Below are positions 53,202 through 62,781 of a stretch of DNA of 64,000 nt, piece after piece. The notes under the pieces were generated by a model that worked only from the letters and a program-made list of their open reading frames with translations, did no database searches and was not told where the DNA came from. The position numbers were made by a program, and so were the translations under genes. Source of the DNA: a virus (Duplodnaviria > Caudoviricetes). The number at the start of each line of letters is the position of its first letter. The first letter of the stretch is position 1. The DNA is taken from positions 22,413-86,412 of the IMG/VR virus record IMGVR_UViG_3300037067_006130. One strand, 5' to 3'.

Positions 53202-53547
53202 TCTCCTCCAACATCTGTAGCTTACCTTTCATAATCAGGCACTGGTCTCTATCCTTGCGTAGATTGGTCGCCAAGAATTTATTAATGCATCTTCTATACG
53301 CTTTCTCCTTGAAATCGCGTAGCTCGTTTAGCTGTTTTTCGGTCATATGGCTAATCTTTTTCGTGCTAGTTTGGTTTGGTTTTAGATACTCAAGATGCTC
53401 ATCGAACATGTGCTCGACCTCATCCCTGTGAACAACTCTCTTGGGTTCCTTAACGGTTATCCTGGCAACCTCTTGTACGGTGTACCACATTGCCGCGTAC
53501 ACGTAATCAGGAACAAACTTCTTATTCGGTACTGCTACTCGTACCAT
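53146..53547 (-). CDS. Hypothetical protein (133 aa)
   Basis: First gene after the non-coding region. Confidence 0.55.
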   Translation of the reverse strand: MVRVAVPNKKFVPDYVYAAMWYTVQEVARITVKEPKRVVHRDEVEHMFDEHLEYLKPNQTSTKKISHMTEKQLNELRDFKEKAYRRCINKFLATNLRKDRDQCLIMKGKLQMLEEIENPKGKYDIILPKSKPS

Positions 53548-53605
53548 ATACTCTTAGCTTATTTGGTTACAACTTCCGCGCCCTCATGCTTATAAAAAAC
53601 AGCAG

Positions 53606-54167
53606 AAAGGACTGGTAAAGGACTGGTTAATGTATATACGAATAAATACTGACGTTCCAATCGTATATACTAAATGTGTAAATAATAATCCGCTTCTTTT
53701 GAGTATATACGATTAGGACTAAGAAGTTTCCCCTTTAACCCCTTCAAGAAATATATCTATAATGATTACTGAGAAGTATACTTTCTAGTATATATGTATA
53801 TATAGATTCTATAGTTATATATATACTAGAACCTATTATAGTAGTATTAACGTAATATAGACATAATACATGACAGTAGTATACAGTAATACGTCCCATA
53901 TAGAGAATATAGTATACATTCAATATTAACAGTAATACTAGTATCTATTCATTCTATACTAGAGTGTACCCAAGCAATCCTCTAACAACCCCTAAACTCA
54001 TACCTAAAAGAACCTATTCCTTATAGAATCCCCCTCTACCTGAACTGCCTCACTGAGGCACGCTTGGATATGGCTATTCTAGGTACGTATATACGATTTG
54101 GCATGAGTTACTAAATGGTATATACGCTAAATATGGTATAAATTCGCATGATATTTGTGTATATACG
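53606..54167. promoter_or_regulatory. Non-coding region with two GTATATAC triads flanking a TA-rich tract (ori/operator candidate)
   Basis: Cores at 53632/53663/53703 and 54087/54118/54159; 11-bp tandem AAAGGACTGGT x2 at 53606-53627; TGCCTCA-C-TGAGGCA palindrome at 54046-54060. Confidence 0.6.
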
Positions 54168-54280
54168 CACCTATATCATGATTGGCCTATTTTAGGATAG
54201 CGCATAGTTTCGGGGCCTGCGGCAACACGAGTGCGTTGCGCTCCGCCATTGACCGAGGGGTTGGATTGGCTCTTGATTGT

Positions 54281-54310
54281 AAAAAAAATAACCCTCTTTC
54301 GAGGGCTATT
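54281..54310 (-). terminator. Rho-independent terminator
   Basis: ATAGCCCTC-GAAA-GAGGGTTAT followed by a T run on the minus strand. Confidence 0.9.
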
Positions 54311-54315
54311 GGATG

Positions 54316-54954
54316 CTACTTGAAGGATTGGGCTACACCTGCGAGTTCTTGCAGCTGCTCCAATTCCGCTTCAGTTAGAGGATAGAACGATGGTGACAGT
54401 TTAAGCCTGTCTTTCTCGGTACCATCAATGGCATTGTAATGATTCTCCTTCAGTTCGCCTTTGAAGAATCTGCCTTTGAACTCTTCACAATCGCTTGGCT
54501 TGGTACCAACTGGCATACCAATAGCGGTAGTGAATCTCGAGAAGATGTTAAGGACTGCCTCGTATCCATCCCCTTCGTTAGCAGGAATACGATGTAGGTT
54601 ACCCTTTCCATCTTTCAATAGAGCGTAACCATCACGAGGATCATTGATGATTTTATTGTCCTTGATATCAGCAGGTGTAAACTCCTTGAATTTACGGAAT
54701 GATGCCAATGCCATGCGATGTACATGGGTTCTACCTGTAAGGATGTCTTTCAACACCAAGTAGATTTCAGGGGTTTCGTCAACGTAGGAAGGGAGATTGT
54801 CTTTCTCGCTACCATCAGTTTTAACCCTTGAATTGGTCATCTCGGCTTTTACGATTTCGAATGCGTAACGACCTGCTTTAGTAATCATCTCACGAATCTC
54901 AACCTCAATAGCCTCTATTGAAGGTACATTCATGTTAAAATTAATCTTTGCCAT
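54316..54954 (-). CDS. Hypothetical early protein (212 aa)
   Basis: Biased codon usage, own terminator. Confidence 0.7.
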   Translation of the reverse strand: MAKINFNMNVPSIEAIEVEIREMITKAGRYAFEIVKAEMTNSRVKTDGSEKDNLPSYVDETPEIYLVLKDILTGRTHVHRMALASFRKFKEFTPADIKDNKIINDPRDGYALLKDGKGNLHRIPANEGDGYEAVLNIFSRFTTAIGMPVGTKPSDCEEFKGRFFKGELKENHYNAIDGTEKDRLKLSPSFYPLTEAELEQLQELAGVAQSFK

Positions 54955-55058
54955 TGTAGTAAATTTATTAGTTAGTACTAGGCATTATCAATATTCGAAA
55001 TAATCATACGTAGGCGTAAGCAACGCTCCGCCATTGATGGTGTGGTATGAATATTCCC

Positions 55059-55244
55059 CTAATTGGGGAATACTCTTACTCTAGTATGCATATTCTTCAC
55101 CATGTTCAGTATCTCAGCCTTTGAGATAGTCTTATTGGTGAAGGATATCAATGCTTTCGCATCTTTATACTCGTTCAGTCCAATGCCTAATTCCTTGGCA
55201 TCCTTAGCATCTGAACGGTCTTGCCTTGTAATAATCATGTTCAT
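55059..55244 (-). CDS. Hypothetical protein (61 aa)
   Basis: ORF. Confidence 0.45.
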   Translation of the reverse strand: MNMIITRQDRSDAKDAKELGIGLNEYKDAKALISFTNKTISKAEILNMVKNMHTRVRVFPN

Positions 55245-55295
55245 AGCAAATAGTGTTGGTTCAGTAGGCTAAATAATAAAATAAGAGAAGAGGTA

Positions 55296-55487
55296 TTAAA
55301 ACCCCTTCTCTTTCTGTGTATAGTTCCCATCAAGCACGAACCTCTGCTTGCCTATCTCATCCATCTGTCTCATTAAGTCTTTACGCTTAACGTTCTCTTT
55401 ATGGTTGAGATAGGATGTCCATCCAACGAATGCTGCACCTGCTACGCATGATAGGGTGAAACCTACTAATGTCCAATTCATATGCAT
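55296..55487 (-). CDS. Small membrane protein (63 aa)
   Basis: One N-terminal TM segment. Confidence 0.5.
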   Translation of the reverse strand: MHMNWTLVGFTLSCVAGAAFVGWTSYLNHKENVKRKDLMRQMDEIGKQRFVLDGNYTQKEKGF

Positions 55488-55841
55488 ATGTATTAGTGAT
55501 TAATCAAGCAAATCAATAATCAAATGAGTACATGCCAACCAGTGACTCTTAGTACATTCATCATATACGTGCTTGAGCATCACTGGTTGTTATCAAGACT
55601 GCCTTGATACATGGATACATTCTGCTTATCGCCCGATATGTATCAATCAATAAGATAATCAAATGTGCATCATAGCATAAGCATTCTTTTTTCGTACACA
55701 ATATCAGTACTCCGACATGCCCCCCGGATCGGTTTTGGGTCGGCATTCCCGAATTCGGGGTGGCAGGTACCGTCGTTCGTGGTCATCGAAAGAATTGTGG
55801 TGGGTATGTACGAAAAAAGATTATAAATTTTTATTAAAAAA

Positions 55842-55873
55842 TTTGTATATACGGTATATACGATTTATCTTTG
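55842..55873 (+). promoter_or_regulatory. Bacteroidota promoter with tandem GTATATACG in the spacer
   Basis: TTTG-N20-TATCTTTG; motifs at 55845-55853 and 55854-55862. Confidence 0.8.
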
Positions 55874-55893
55874 CTTTTCAAATCGTATATATT

Positions 55894-56460
55894 ATGATGA
55901 ATGGTTTGATTGGTTCGGGAGAGTATGCGTTGATAAGTTCCTTACATGCTCGTGGGTACATTGATGAGGATGAGTGGAAGAAGTGGATACTCTCTGAGGA
56001 TGCTAGTTATAGACCGAAATTAAACAACAAAAGGGTAAACAATGTGACTAAATTAGGAAAGGTTATCGTGCATCATCATAATGGGCTGTTACCAGGTTTG
56101 TTCACAAGGGAGGAAGAGTTTGACTATCTTCTACAATGCCAAGTGCTGAATACCTACCATATGCTACAGTTGCTATTGGGAAAAACGGTGGTTATTCGGT
56201 TTAGTACGGTGAAGGATTTTACCGTTGAGGTGGAGAAGGTTGGTGATATCAAGGAACCACCAATCGGGATAGTGCCGAAGTGGTTGCATGATGAGAACAG
56301 GGCGAAGGAGATTGGTAAGGCGGTAAACCGTTATCTCGATGCGGGGATAGCGATACCTACGGAGTGGCAGGAGGAACTGGATGTGCTGTTAGAATCGATG
56401 CGGAAGCGTAGGGTGGAGACGATGAGAAAAATGATGGATGATTTAAAAAATAGTGAATAA
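55894..56460 (+). CDS. Hypothetical protein (start 55894, not 55717)
   Basis: ATG 20 nt downstream of the promoter; the upstream extension is low-complexity. Confidence 0.55.
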   Translation: MMNGLIGSGEYALISSLHARGYIDEDEWKKWILSEDASYRPKLNNKRVNNVTKLGKVIVHHHNGLLPGLFTREEEFDYLLQCQVLNTYHMLQLLLGKTVVIRFSTVKDFTVEVEKVGDIKEPPIGIVPKWLHDENRAKEIGKAVNRYLDAGIAIPTEWQEELDVLLESMRKRRVETMRKMMDDLKNSE

Positions 56461-56687
56461 TGGCAAAGAAAATTTTTCAGGCGTTGAAGTTTACGGAGGG
56501 GTTGGATGCGGATTTGCACACCTTGGCCGAGATGAAGAAGTTAAGTTACAACACTTACGTTGAGGGGATACTGAGCAACCATGTGTTGGTGCAGAAGAAA
56601 GCGCTAAGGGAGTTGGCTAAGAATCATGAGATACAGGAAGCCCCTTGTGTGCAAACAATAGAGCAGAAAGAGAGTCATTATTCGTAA
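56460..56687 (+). CDS. Ribbon-helix-helix-like regulator
   Basis: ALKFTEGLDADL..LA....LSYNTYVEGIL (strand-helix-helix pattern). Confidence 0.55.
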   Translation: MAKKIFQALKFTEGLDADLHTLAEMKKLSYNTYVEGILSNHVLVQKKALRELAKNHEIQEAPCVQTIEQKESHYS

Positions 56688-56732
56688 TTGACGGTTGATT
56701 ATTTTGTACTTTGTACAAAGTAATCTTAAAAG

Positions 56733-57020
56733 GTGGTTATGACGACAATGAAAAGTTTGGATTCGGTAGGGTTACTTAGGAAGGTGGAGTATATGCTTCC
56801 GGCTACCTATGATCGGGATATGGTCATGGGGTTGGCGCGAAGTTTCGCCAAGGGTATGCCGTACCTCACGAATATATACAAGAAGAGTATTATCAACACG
56901 AACTGCAATCAGGTGGTCATCAAGGTTTATCGGGATGAGCTGAGCATGTTCATGGCGTGTATTCGTGATGGCGGCGATTTGGCTTTCTTCAGTAACAACC
57001 TACCCGACACGGTGAACTAA
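56733..57020 (+). CDS. Hypothetical protein (95 aa)
   Basis: ORF in operon. Confidence 0.5.
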   Translation: MVMTTMKSLDSVGLLRKVEYMLPATYDRDMVMGLARSFAKGMPYLTNIYKKSIINTNCNQVVIKVYRDELSMFMACIRDGGDLAFFSNNLPDTVN

Positions 57021-57033
57021 CTAAAAACGAGAT

Positions 57034-57975
57034 ATGAGCAAAAAGGAAAAGGTTGTTGAGAAAGAGGTGGAGCAGGAAGAGGATATTATCCTAACCGGCT
57101 TTAAGATCAAGAAGAATGGTCTAGCCTTGGAGTACACTACATACGAACCCATGAAAAAGGGTGGTATGATCATGAACGGAGAGGTGAACCGAAAGAGTCC
57201 GTTCCCACCAACGCACGATGTTCTAGTACAGGTGGACCGGCTAAGGTACTTTTTTGCCAAAGCGTGTGGCATGTGGTACGATGGGTTCGATGAGTTTATT
57301 GGTACTGACTTTAAGATTGGTCCTTCAGAAGGCAAAGACTTTAACGAGTTTACGAAAGTCAATAATACCCTAGAAGCGATACACATCGATCAGGTAAAGA
57401 TTGGGGATTACTACAAGATTGGTGCTTCAGTGGAAACGATGGATAAGAAGTACATCCATACGATTACCCCGAATATCAATGAGAACGATGATATCTTTGA
57501 GCTGCTAGATAGCGTTATGAAGGATGTTCTTTCAGTGATGAAGGAGTTTATCAAGGATAGTAAGTACGATATCCGTAAGGAATCCTACGATATCGTTTTC
57601 CGTTCGATACAGAACAATGAGGAACGTTTAGAGGTGATGGCGAATATGACCGAGAGGGATATTCTGCTAAGCGCCGTTGAGATACTAGAGAACAAGGGGG
57701 CGATGCTCATAATGCCCCCGGAGCTTGACCAAGAGATTGTGGAGATGCGGAACGAGAGGGAGATGGAGAAGAGCGTGAAGGAGTTGGGAAGTGTCGAGAT
57801 CACGAGCAAGGATGTGGAGAGCACAGACATGAATGAAGTGAGAAGCTTCGCTGAGAGAGAAACTATCCATGAGTCTAACGCTGAAAAGCATGCCGATCAA
57901 GATTGGGCATCAGGAATCAAGGAGGATGGTGACAATGCCGAGAAGGAGAAGCTGATCGAAAGTGAGTTCATGTAG
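57034..57975 (+). CDS. Hypothetical acidic protein (313 aa)
   Basis: Long ORF followed by a terminator. Confidence 0.7.
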   Translation: MSKKEKVVEKEVEQEEDIILTGFKIKKNGLALEYTTYEPMKKGGMIMNGEVNRKSPFPPTHDVLVQVDRLRYFFAKACGMWYDGFDEFIGTDFKIGPSEGKDFNEFTKVNNTLEAIHIDQVKIGDYYKIGASVETMDKKYIHTITPNINENDDIFELLDSVMKDVLSVMKEFIKDSKYDIRKESYDIVFRSIQNNEERLEVMANMTERDILLSAVEILENKGAMLIMPPELDQEIVEMRNEREMEKSVKELGSVEITSKDVESTDMNEVRSFAERETIHESNAEKHADQDWASGIKEDGDNAEKEKLIESEFM

Positions 57976-58034
57976 GCCGAGTGGTTTGAAGTTAGGGTAA
58001 AGGCATTATCATTGACAACACCACAGGGCATACT

Positions 58035-58061
58035 GGGTAGAGTTTTACCTCTACCCTTTTT
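58035..58061 (+). terminator. Rho-independent terminator
   Basis: GGGTAGAG-N6-CTCTACCC-T5. Confidence 0.8.
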
Positions 58062-58080
58062 CTTATAAACAAATTAATTT

Positions 58081-58989
58081 ATGGGCGAGATAAAAGAATT
58101 CGACGACTACATTATTTTCAAGGAGGATACGCATCAGTACTTCCGCAAGCATGACAACGTGGAGTTTACTTCAGTGAGCAAGTTCCTGAGCAAATTCTCC
58201 ATCCCTTTTGACAAGGCAACCGTATCGAGGAACATGACTTCTTCCAAGGAGGAACAGCAGGAACTACTCGAGGAATGGGAGGCCATTAGCAAGGAATCGA
58301 CAGACCATGGAAAACTACTTCACGGAGAGGCAGAAAATCTTATCAAGTTCGGTCAGGTAAAGGATCGCCAGTTCGCAAAGCTGGGTGCCAACCTATACCC
58401 TCACCTAAAGATGTATAAGCGAAACTTTTCCGAGAAGATTTGCTACAACGATTCTGCTCTAGTGGCGGGTACGGCTGACTGGCCTGCACAGAGGAACCTT
58501 AAGGGTGACCATATCATCCTTGACATCAACGACTTCAAAACGAATATCCGTAATGGTATTCGGAACTACAACGGAAAGATAGATCCGTTAACCAAAGCTA
58601 TCAAGTACTACAAAAAGTATTTCCTGCAGCCAATAGAGTACTTAGAGGCATCTGACTACAACAAGTATGTCCTTCAGCTTTCCATTTACGCATTCATGTT
58701 TGAGCTAATTTGGGATAACGTGAAGATCGGAGCGTTGAACATATTCTACATAGACCAGGAGATGAACGTAACTAAAATGCCTGTACCCTACCTTCGACCA
58801 CAGGTTATCTCGATGTTCGAAAGGTTTGGTGGACTAAAAAGTATAGATCCAGTTGAAACCTTAAAAAAAATTAATGCACACACTAAAGCGATTCATGGCA
58901 GGGTGCCAGAATACTCAGGTGAAAGCCTTGCTGACCTACTTGGGGGCAACTCCAATGGCAACGATACCAGTACTAATGAGTACTGGTAG
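58081..58989 (+). CDS. PD-(D/E)xK exonuclease (RecB/Cas4-like fold)
   Basis: F.EDTHQY, TSVS, G..LH, SE, AGTAD, DFKTN, Y.LQLSIY. Confidence 0.85.
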   Translation: MGEIKEFDDYIIFKEDTHQYFRKHDNVEFTSVSKFLSKFSIPFDKATVSRNMTSSKEEQQELLEEWEAISKESTDHGKLLHGEAENLIKFGQVKDRQFAKLGANLYPHLKMYKRNFSEKICYNDSALVAGTADWPAQRNLKGDHIILDINDFKTNIRNGIRNYNGKIDPLTKAIKYYKKYFLQPIEYLEASDYNKYVLQLSIYAFMFELIWDNVKIGALNIFYIDQEMNVTKMPVPYLRPQVISMFERFGGLKSIDPVETLKKINAHTKAIHGRVPEYSGESLADLLGGNSNGNDTSTNEYW

Positions 58990-59193
58990 ACCAATTGCCG
59001 GGCAAGTTATTGGACTGTTGCTATTCCAACTAATTTGCATATTTTTGTATCTGAAACTATTTACTAACCCTAAAGACTAAAATTTTATGGAAAATCTAAG
59101 CGTAGTTAACTCAATCCTCTTTGGCAAGAGAAGGATCGATGAGCTAGAAACCTTCGTCCAAAATACATTCTTTGGCGAGTTTAACAAGTAACC

Positions 59194-59688
59194 ATGAAGT
59201 CAACTGAAGATGTACACAGCTTACGATTGGCGGTTGGAAATATTCACGTTGAATCGTTAATGGATGCAAATCAGCATCACATTGTAAGTATCCATGAGAA
59301 CCTTTTCCTTGCTGCAGAGTGGCTTGGAATCGTAACGAAACGAATGGGAAGTCCTCTTTCCGCAAGAATTAAGGAGGAACCTATTGTTTTCGATGTAGAC
59401 AGCATTCTTGACAATAAGAATCTTGTTGGAATTCTTGAAGAGTACGAACACCTTGCCGGAACAATAAAATCTGCAGGAGTTCAACCAGTACTCGAGGATG
59501 AACGGTTGAACATCGCGATAAACAATGCGTACATATACATCAAAAACGCAAAATTTCATGCCATGTTTATCTATGACAGATCCATCCTTCAGGAAGAAAA
59601 ATCTGAGCTTGAATCGAAGAAGAGAAAGAGCAAGGAGGACAAGAGCAGGCTTGAACGAATTGCTGCATGGGTAGGAATTAAGTGGTAA
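59194..59688 (+). CDS. Hypothetical protein (164 aa)
   Basis: ORF followed by a terminator. Confidence 0.55.
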   Translation: MKSTEDVHSLRLAVGNIHVESLMDANQHHIVSIHENLFLAAEWLGIVTKRMGSPLSARIKEEPIVFDVDSILDNKNLVGILEEYEHLAGTIKSAGVQPVLEDERLNIAINNAYIYIKNAKFHAMFIYDRSILQEEKSELESKKRKSKEDKSRLERIAAWVGIKW

Positions 59689-59696
59689 CCGAACTA

Positions 59697-59728
59697 AGGT
59701 GGCGAGAAATCGCTACCTTTATTTTTTT
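59697..59728 (+). terminator. Rho-independent terminator
   Basis: AGGTGGCGA-GAAA-TCGCTACCT followed by a T run. Confidence 0.85.
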
Positions 59729-59741
59729 AAAATGACGCACT

Positions 59742-60053
59742 ATGTCAAAGCTGTATAAAATTTTAAATCCTGAACTATCAAGTCCTGACTACTATTTTGA
59801 TTGTCCGGGTTGTAAGTGTTCTCATGGGGTATGGACTACTCGAGAGGAACATCCAAAATGGGATTTTAATGGAAATGTGGATAGTCCTACCTTTAGACCA
59901 TCTATTCTTGTTCAGTGGAACTATGCTGAAAAACAGTTTAGATGTCATTCGTATGTCACGGATGGTAGTATACAATTCTTAGATGATTGCACCCATGAAC
60001 TAGCGGGAAAAACCGTTCCACTTGAAGATATTGAAGAAATAAAACTACACTAA
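59742..60053 (+). CDS. DUF6527-like metal-binding protein
   Basis: CPGC..H...W.FNG..D.PTF.PSIL...CHS.V.DG.IQFL.DCTH.LAG. Confidence 0.75.
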   Translation: MSKLYKILNPELSSPDYYFDCPGCKCSHGVWTTREEHPKWDFNGNVDSPTFRPSILVQWNYAEKQFRCHSYVTDGSIQFLDDCTHELAGKTVPLEDIEEIKLH

Positions 60054-60598
60054 TGGCGTATATTTGGCATGTTAACCTTGATGGTCAGGTAGAACTTCAC
60101 GAGGATGCGATAAAACTTATCCCATCCCTTGCATACTTTGAACCAAAATACGTGAAGTACATCGTGCTCTTCGCTGACTATCGATATTCCCCAATATGGA
60201 ACTTTCCCGATGCCCAGCGAGATAAGATTGCAAAACTAAAAAGTGGATTCTTTGAAACAGAAGATCTAATCAATAACCCTGAGATACAGGCAGCAATATC
60301 CGAGTTTACCAGTTTAATATACGATGAACGTAGGGATATGCGCCAAATCCTTCAGCGACAACTAGAGGAACAGAAGCAGAAACTCCGTAATGGGGTAAAA
60401 GATTTCAAGGAGATGAAGGAGGTCATGGAGCTTTCCAAGTACCTTGAGAACGAGATTGCCAGAATTGAAACCAAGTTATCATCAGAGAATTTCGACGATG
60501 ATCCCGACATAAAGGGTGACAAAACCCTTTCCTACGTAGAGAAGTGGATGCGAAGAAGAAAGAAATACCTAGCACAACTACCTGCAGATGCCCATTGA
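60053..60598 (+). CDS. Putative terminase small subunit
   Basis: Helical protein overlapping the start of the large terminase. Confidence 0.55.
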   Translation: MAYIWHVNLDGQVELHEDAIKLIPSLAYFEPKYVKYIVLFADYRYSPIWNFPDAQRDKIAKLKSGFFETEDLINNPEIQAAISEFTSLIYDERRDMRQILQRQLEEQKQKLRNGVKDFKEMKEVMELSKYLENEIARIETKLSSENFDDDPDIKGDKTLSYVEKWMRRRKKYLAQLPADAH

Positions 60599-62714
60599 CC
60601 AATCAGATATCCCCTCAAAATTTCTCCTACCATCAGGAGAAATGTGGACACCTGCACGATTTGACAGGAAGTACACACCCATCATCAAGAAGAAAGGGTT
60701 TAACCCAACACCGATTGCGGGTAGAGTTCCAGCCTACGCTAACTCAGCGATAGATAAGGATGTGATTGGTACACCTAAGTACGATGAGTTTTGGGAGGAA
60801 CAGATTAGAAGATGCATTGAGGGGTACGAAACAGGTGGACTATGGATACCTGGTCGTTACTACTACTTTTTAAACTTTCAGCCAATCGCAGGGGTAAAGG
60901 GAAATATGTTTCCTCTCTTCTGCGATTTTCATTTGGAACTGGCCTATGCGGTGGAATGGGTAAAGCACTTCAAGATTACCGGATTGATTATCCTTAAGGC
61001 AAGACGTAAAGGATTATCCGAATTCATGAAGGGTGCTATCCTAAACTATGGGTTAACGTTTGGTGATACCTATCGTGGAGCAGTATTCGCTGGAATAGAG
61101 AACTACGTGAAGGGTATCAAGAAAAAAGTCATGAACGGTTTGACCAATACCGTTGATGATATGCGTTTGAATATACTTAAGAACAATGATAAGGAACTAC
61201 GTATCGGCTATGAAGAGCGCGTCAACGGAACGTTTATTGAATCAGGCTCGCTTAACGAAATCCAAATGGAAACGCTCTTCAACTCAGAGTCCAAACTTGA
61301 AGGAGAATACTTCAATGATGTTCTCTCGGAAGAAAGTGGCGAGAATCCAAGAGTTAAAGCGGCGTTTGAAAGTATTAAGCCGTCACTCATGTTCGGATCT
61401 GAAATGGAGGGCACGTTTTATATCTATGGAACTGCAGGAAATATCCTCTCAGGTTCCAAGGACTTCATCGACATGTACCGTAACCATGTCAGCTTCGATC
61501 TCGTCAAAATCTTCGTCGACGGCACAAGACTATATTACCCATTCTTTATTACACCAAACGAGCACAAGGGGGTAAAGAACGAGATTGGCAAAACAGTCGA
61601 TCCTATTCGAAATCTAAGACCACTTATCGCTGAACATGGCCGGGATTGCTTGATGGGATGTGAGGATATCGAAGCGGCTAAGGAGAATATTCGTATGCTC
61701 TACGCCCACTACGAGAAATTACAGGATAAAAAGAATCTAATCGAGCTGAAGAAAAACTTTCCCCTTGATGAGGAAGATGCGATAACCAGTGGTGGTAGTA
61801 ACAACTTTGACAATGAGGCGTTATTCTCTCGCCTACAGGAATTACAAACCAAAGTTCCACCACCAGGTAACTACGTTCTCGAGATAGTTACCGTTGGCGA
61901 AGGAAAAGAATGGAAGCAACCGCTAGAGGTAAAGGCTCGATTGGCTCGACCTGACGATCCTGACTGGAAGGTAATCAATATCCTTCAGCATCCGCTAAAG
62001 GGAATGAGGAACGTGGATGATATGGGTGTGGATAGTTACAACCAAGACCAAACCAATACCTCTCGTTCACTTGGGGGTATCGTTGTGCTAAGGGATGGTC
62101 GGGATATCCCATCCGAAATAAATGGCATTAAGATAAGAAAAGGTATATACCCTGTTGTGTGCTATGAGAAAAGACCACCAAAGAAAGAACAGTTTTATAT
62201 GATTGCTCTTATGTTGGCTATTTACTACGATCTTCCAAAGGATGTAATGATATCTGCAGAGCATGACTTTCTGATTGACTTCTTTAAAAAGAATGGTGGT
62301 CGTAGGTATCTTTCACCAAGGCCACGTAGCTTTGACTCTCAGAATACCGAGGCAACCTACGAGTATGGTTCGAAATTGGCATCCCCTCAGATGATTTCTC
62401 GTGCATTAGGTATTGCTCAATCATGGGTTGATGACCACATTCATTTATGCGATTTCGAGGTGCTTATAAAGGGTTTAATCGCATTTGACGAGATAAACAT
62501 CGGAACAGACTGGGATATAGTTGATGCTCTTATTTACGCTCTAATGCGTATTGTTGACAGAAAAGCAAAACCGAGGTCAGAAAAAGACGATTTAAAAGAA
62601 GAAAATTCTCAGAACTGGACAGAAGATCGTGATGGGAATGTAATTAGTAAAACAACCAACAGCACAGATGAAGAGGATTACGTCATGATGGGAGATAAGA
62701 AAGTGGTTGTCTAA
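60588..62714 (+). CDS. terL: Terminase large subunit
   Basis: GRYYYFLNF, LKARRKG(L)SE, SEESG, YGTAG; RNase-H-like GVDSY and D.VDAL. Confidence 0.92.
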   Translation: MPIDQSDIPSKFLLPSGEMWTPARFDRKYTPIIKKKGFNPTPIAGRVPAYANSAIDKDVIGTPKYDEFWEEQIRRCIEGYETGGLWIPGRYYYFLNFQPIAGVKGNMFPLFCDFHLELAYAVEWVKHFKITGLIILKARRKGLSEFMKGAILNYGLTFGDTYRGAVFAGIENYVKGIKKKVMNGLTNTVDDMRLNILKNNDKELRIGYEERVNGTFIESGSLNEIQMETLFNSESKLEGEYFNDVLSEESGENPRVKAAFESIKPSLMFGSEMEGTFYIYGTAGNILSGSKDFIDMYRNHVSFDLVKIFVDGTRLYYPFFITPNEHKGVKNEIGKTVDPIRNLRPLIAEHGRDCLMGCEDIEAAKENIRMLYAHYEKLQDKKNLIELKKNFPLDEEDAITSGGSNNFDNEALFSRLQELQTKVPPPGNYVLEIVTVGEGKEWKQPLEVKARLARPDDPDWKVINILQHPLKGMRNVDDMGVDSYNQDQTNTSRSLGGIVVLRDGRDIPSEINGIKIRKGIYPVVCYEKRPPKKEQFYMIALMLAIYYDLPKDVMISAEHDFLIDFFKKNGGRRYLSPRPRSFDSQNTEATYEYGSKLASPQMISRALGIAQSWVDDHIHLCDFEVLIKGLIAFDEINIGTDWDIVDALIYALMRIVDRKAKPRSEKDDLKEENSQNWTEDRDGNVISKTTNSTDEEDYVMMGDKKVVV

Positions 62715-62781
62715 AAAAAATGAAAAAAGCATTGTTAATTCTAATAAGTTTGTTATAATTTTACCGTATAAATCTTTAAGG

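Noticed and set aside
55717-55893. N-terminal extension of ORF 55717..56460
   Set aside because: It runs through a consensus promoter and low-complexity DNA; ATG 55894/55897 is the better start
58081-58989. Cas4 as part of a CRISPR system
   Set aside because: The PD-(D/E)xK fold is present, but there is no four-Cys Fe-S cluster pattern, no cas neighbours and no array; an ordinary phage exonuclease
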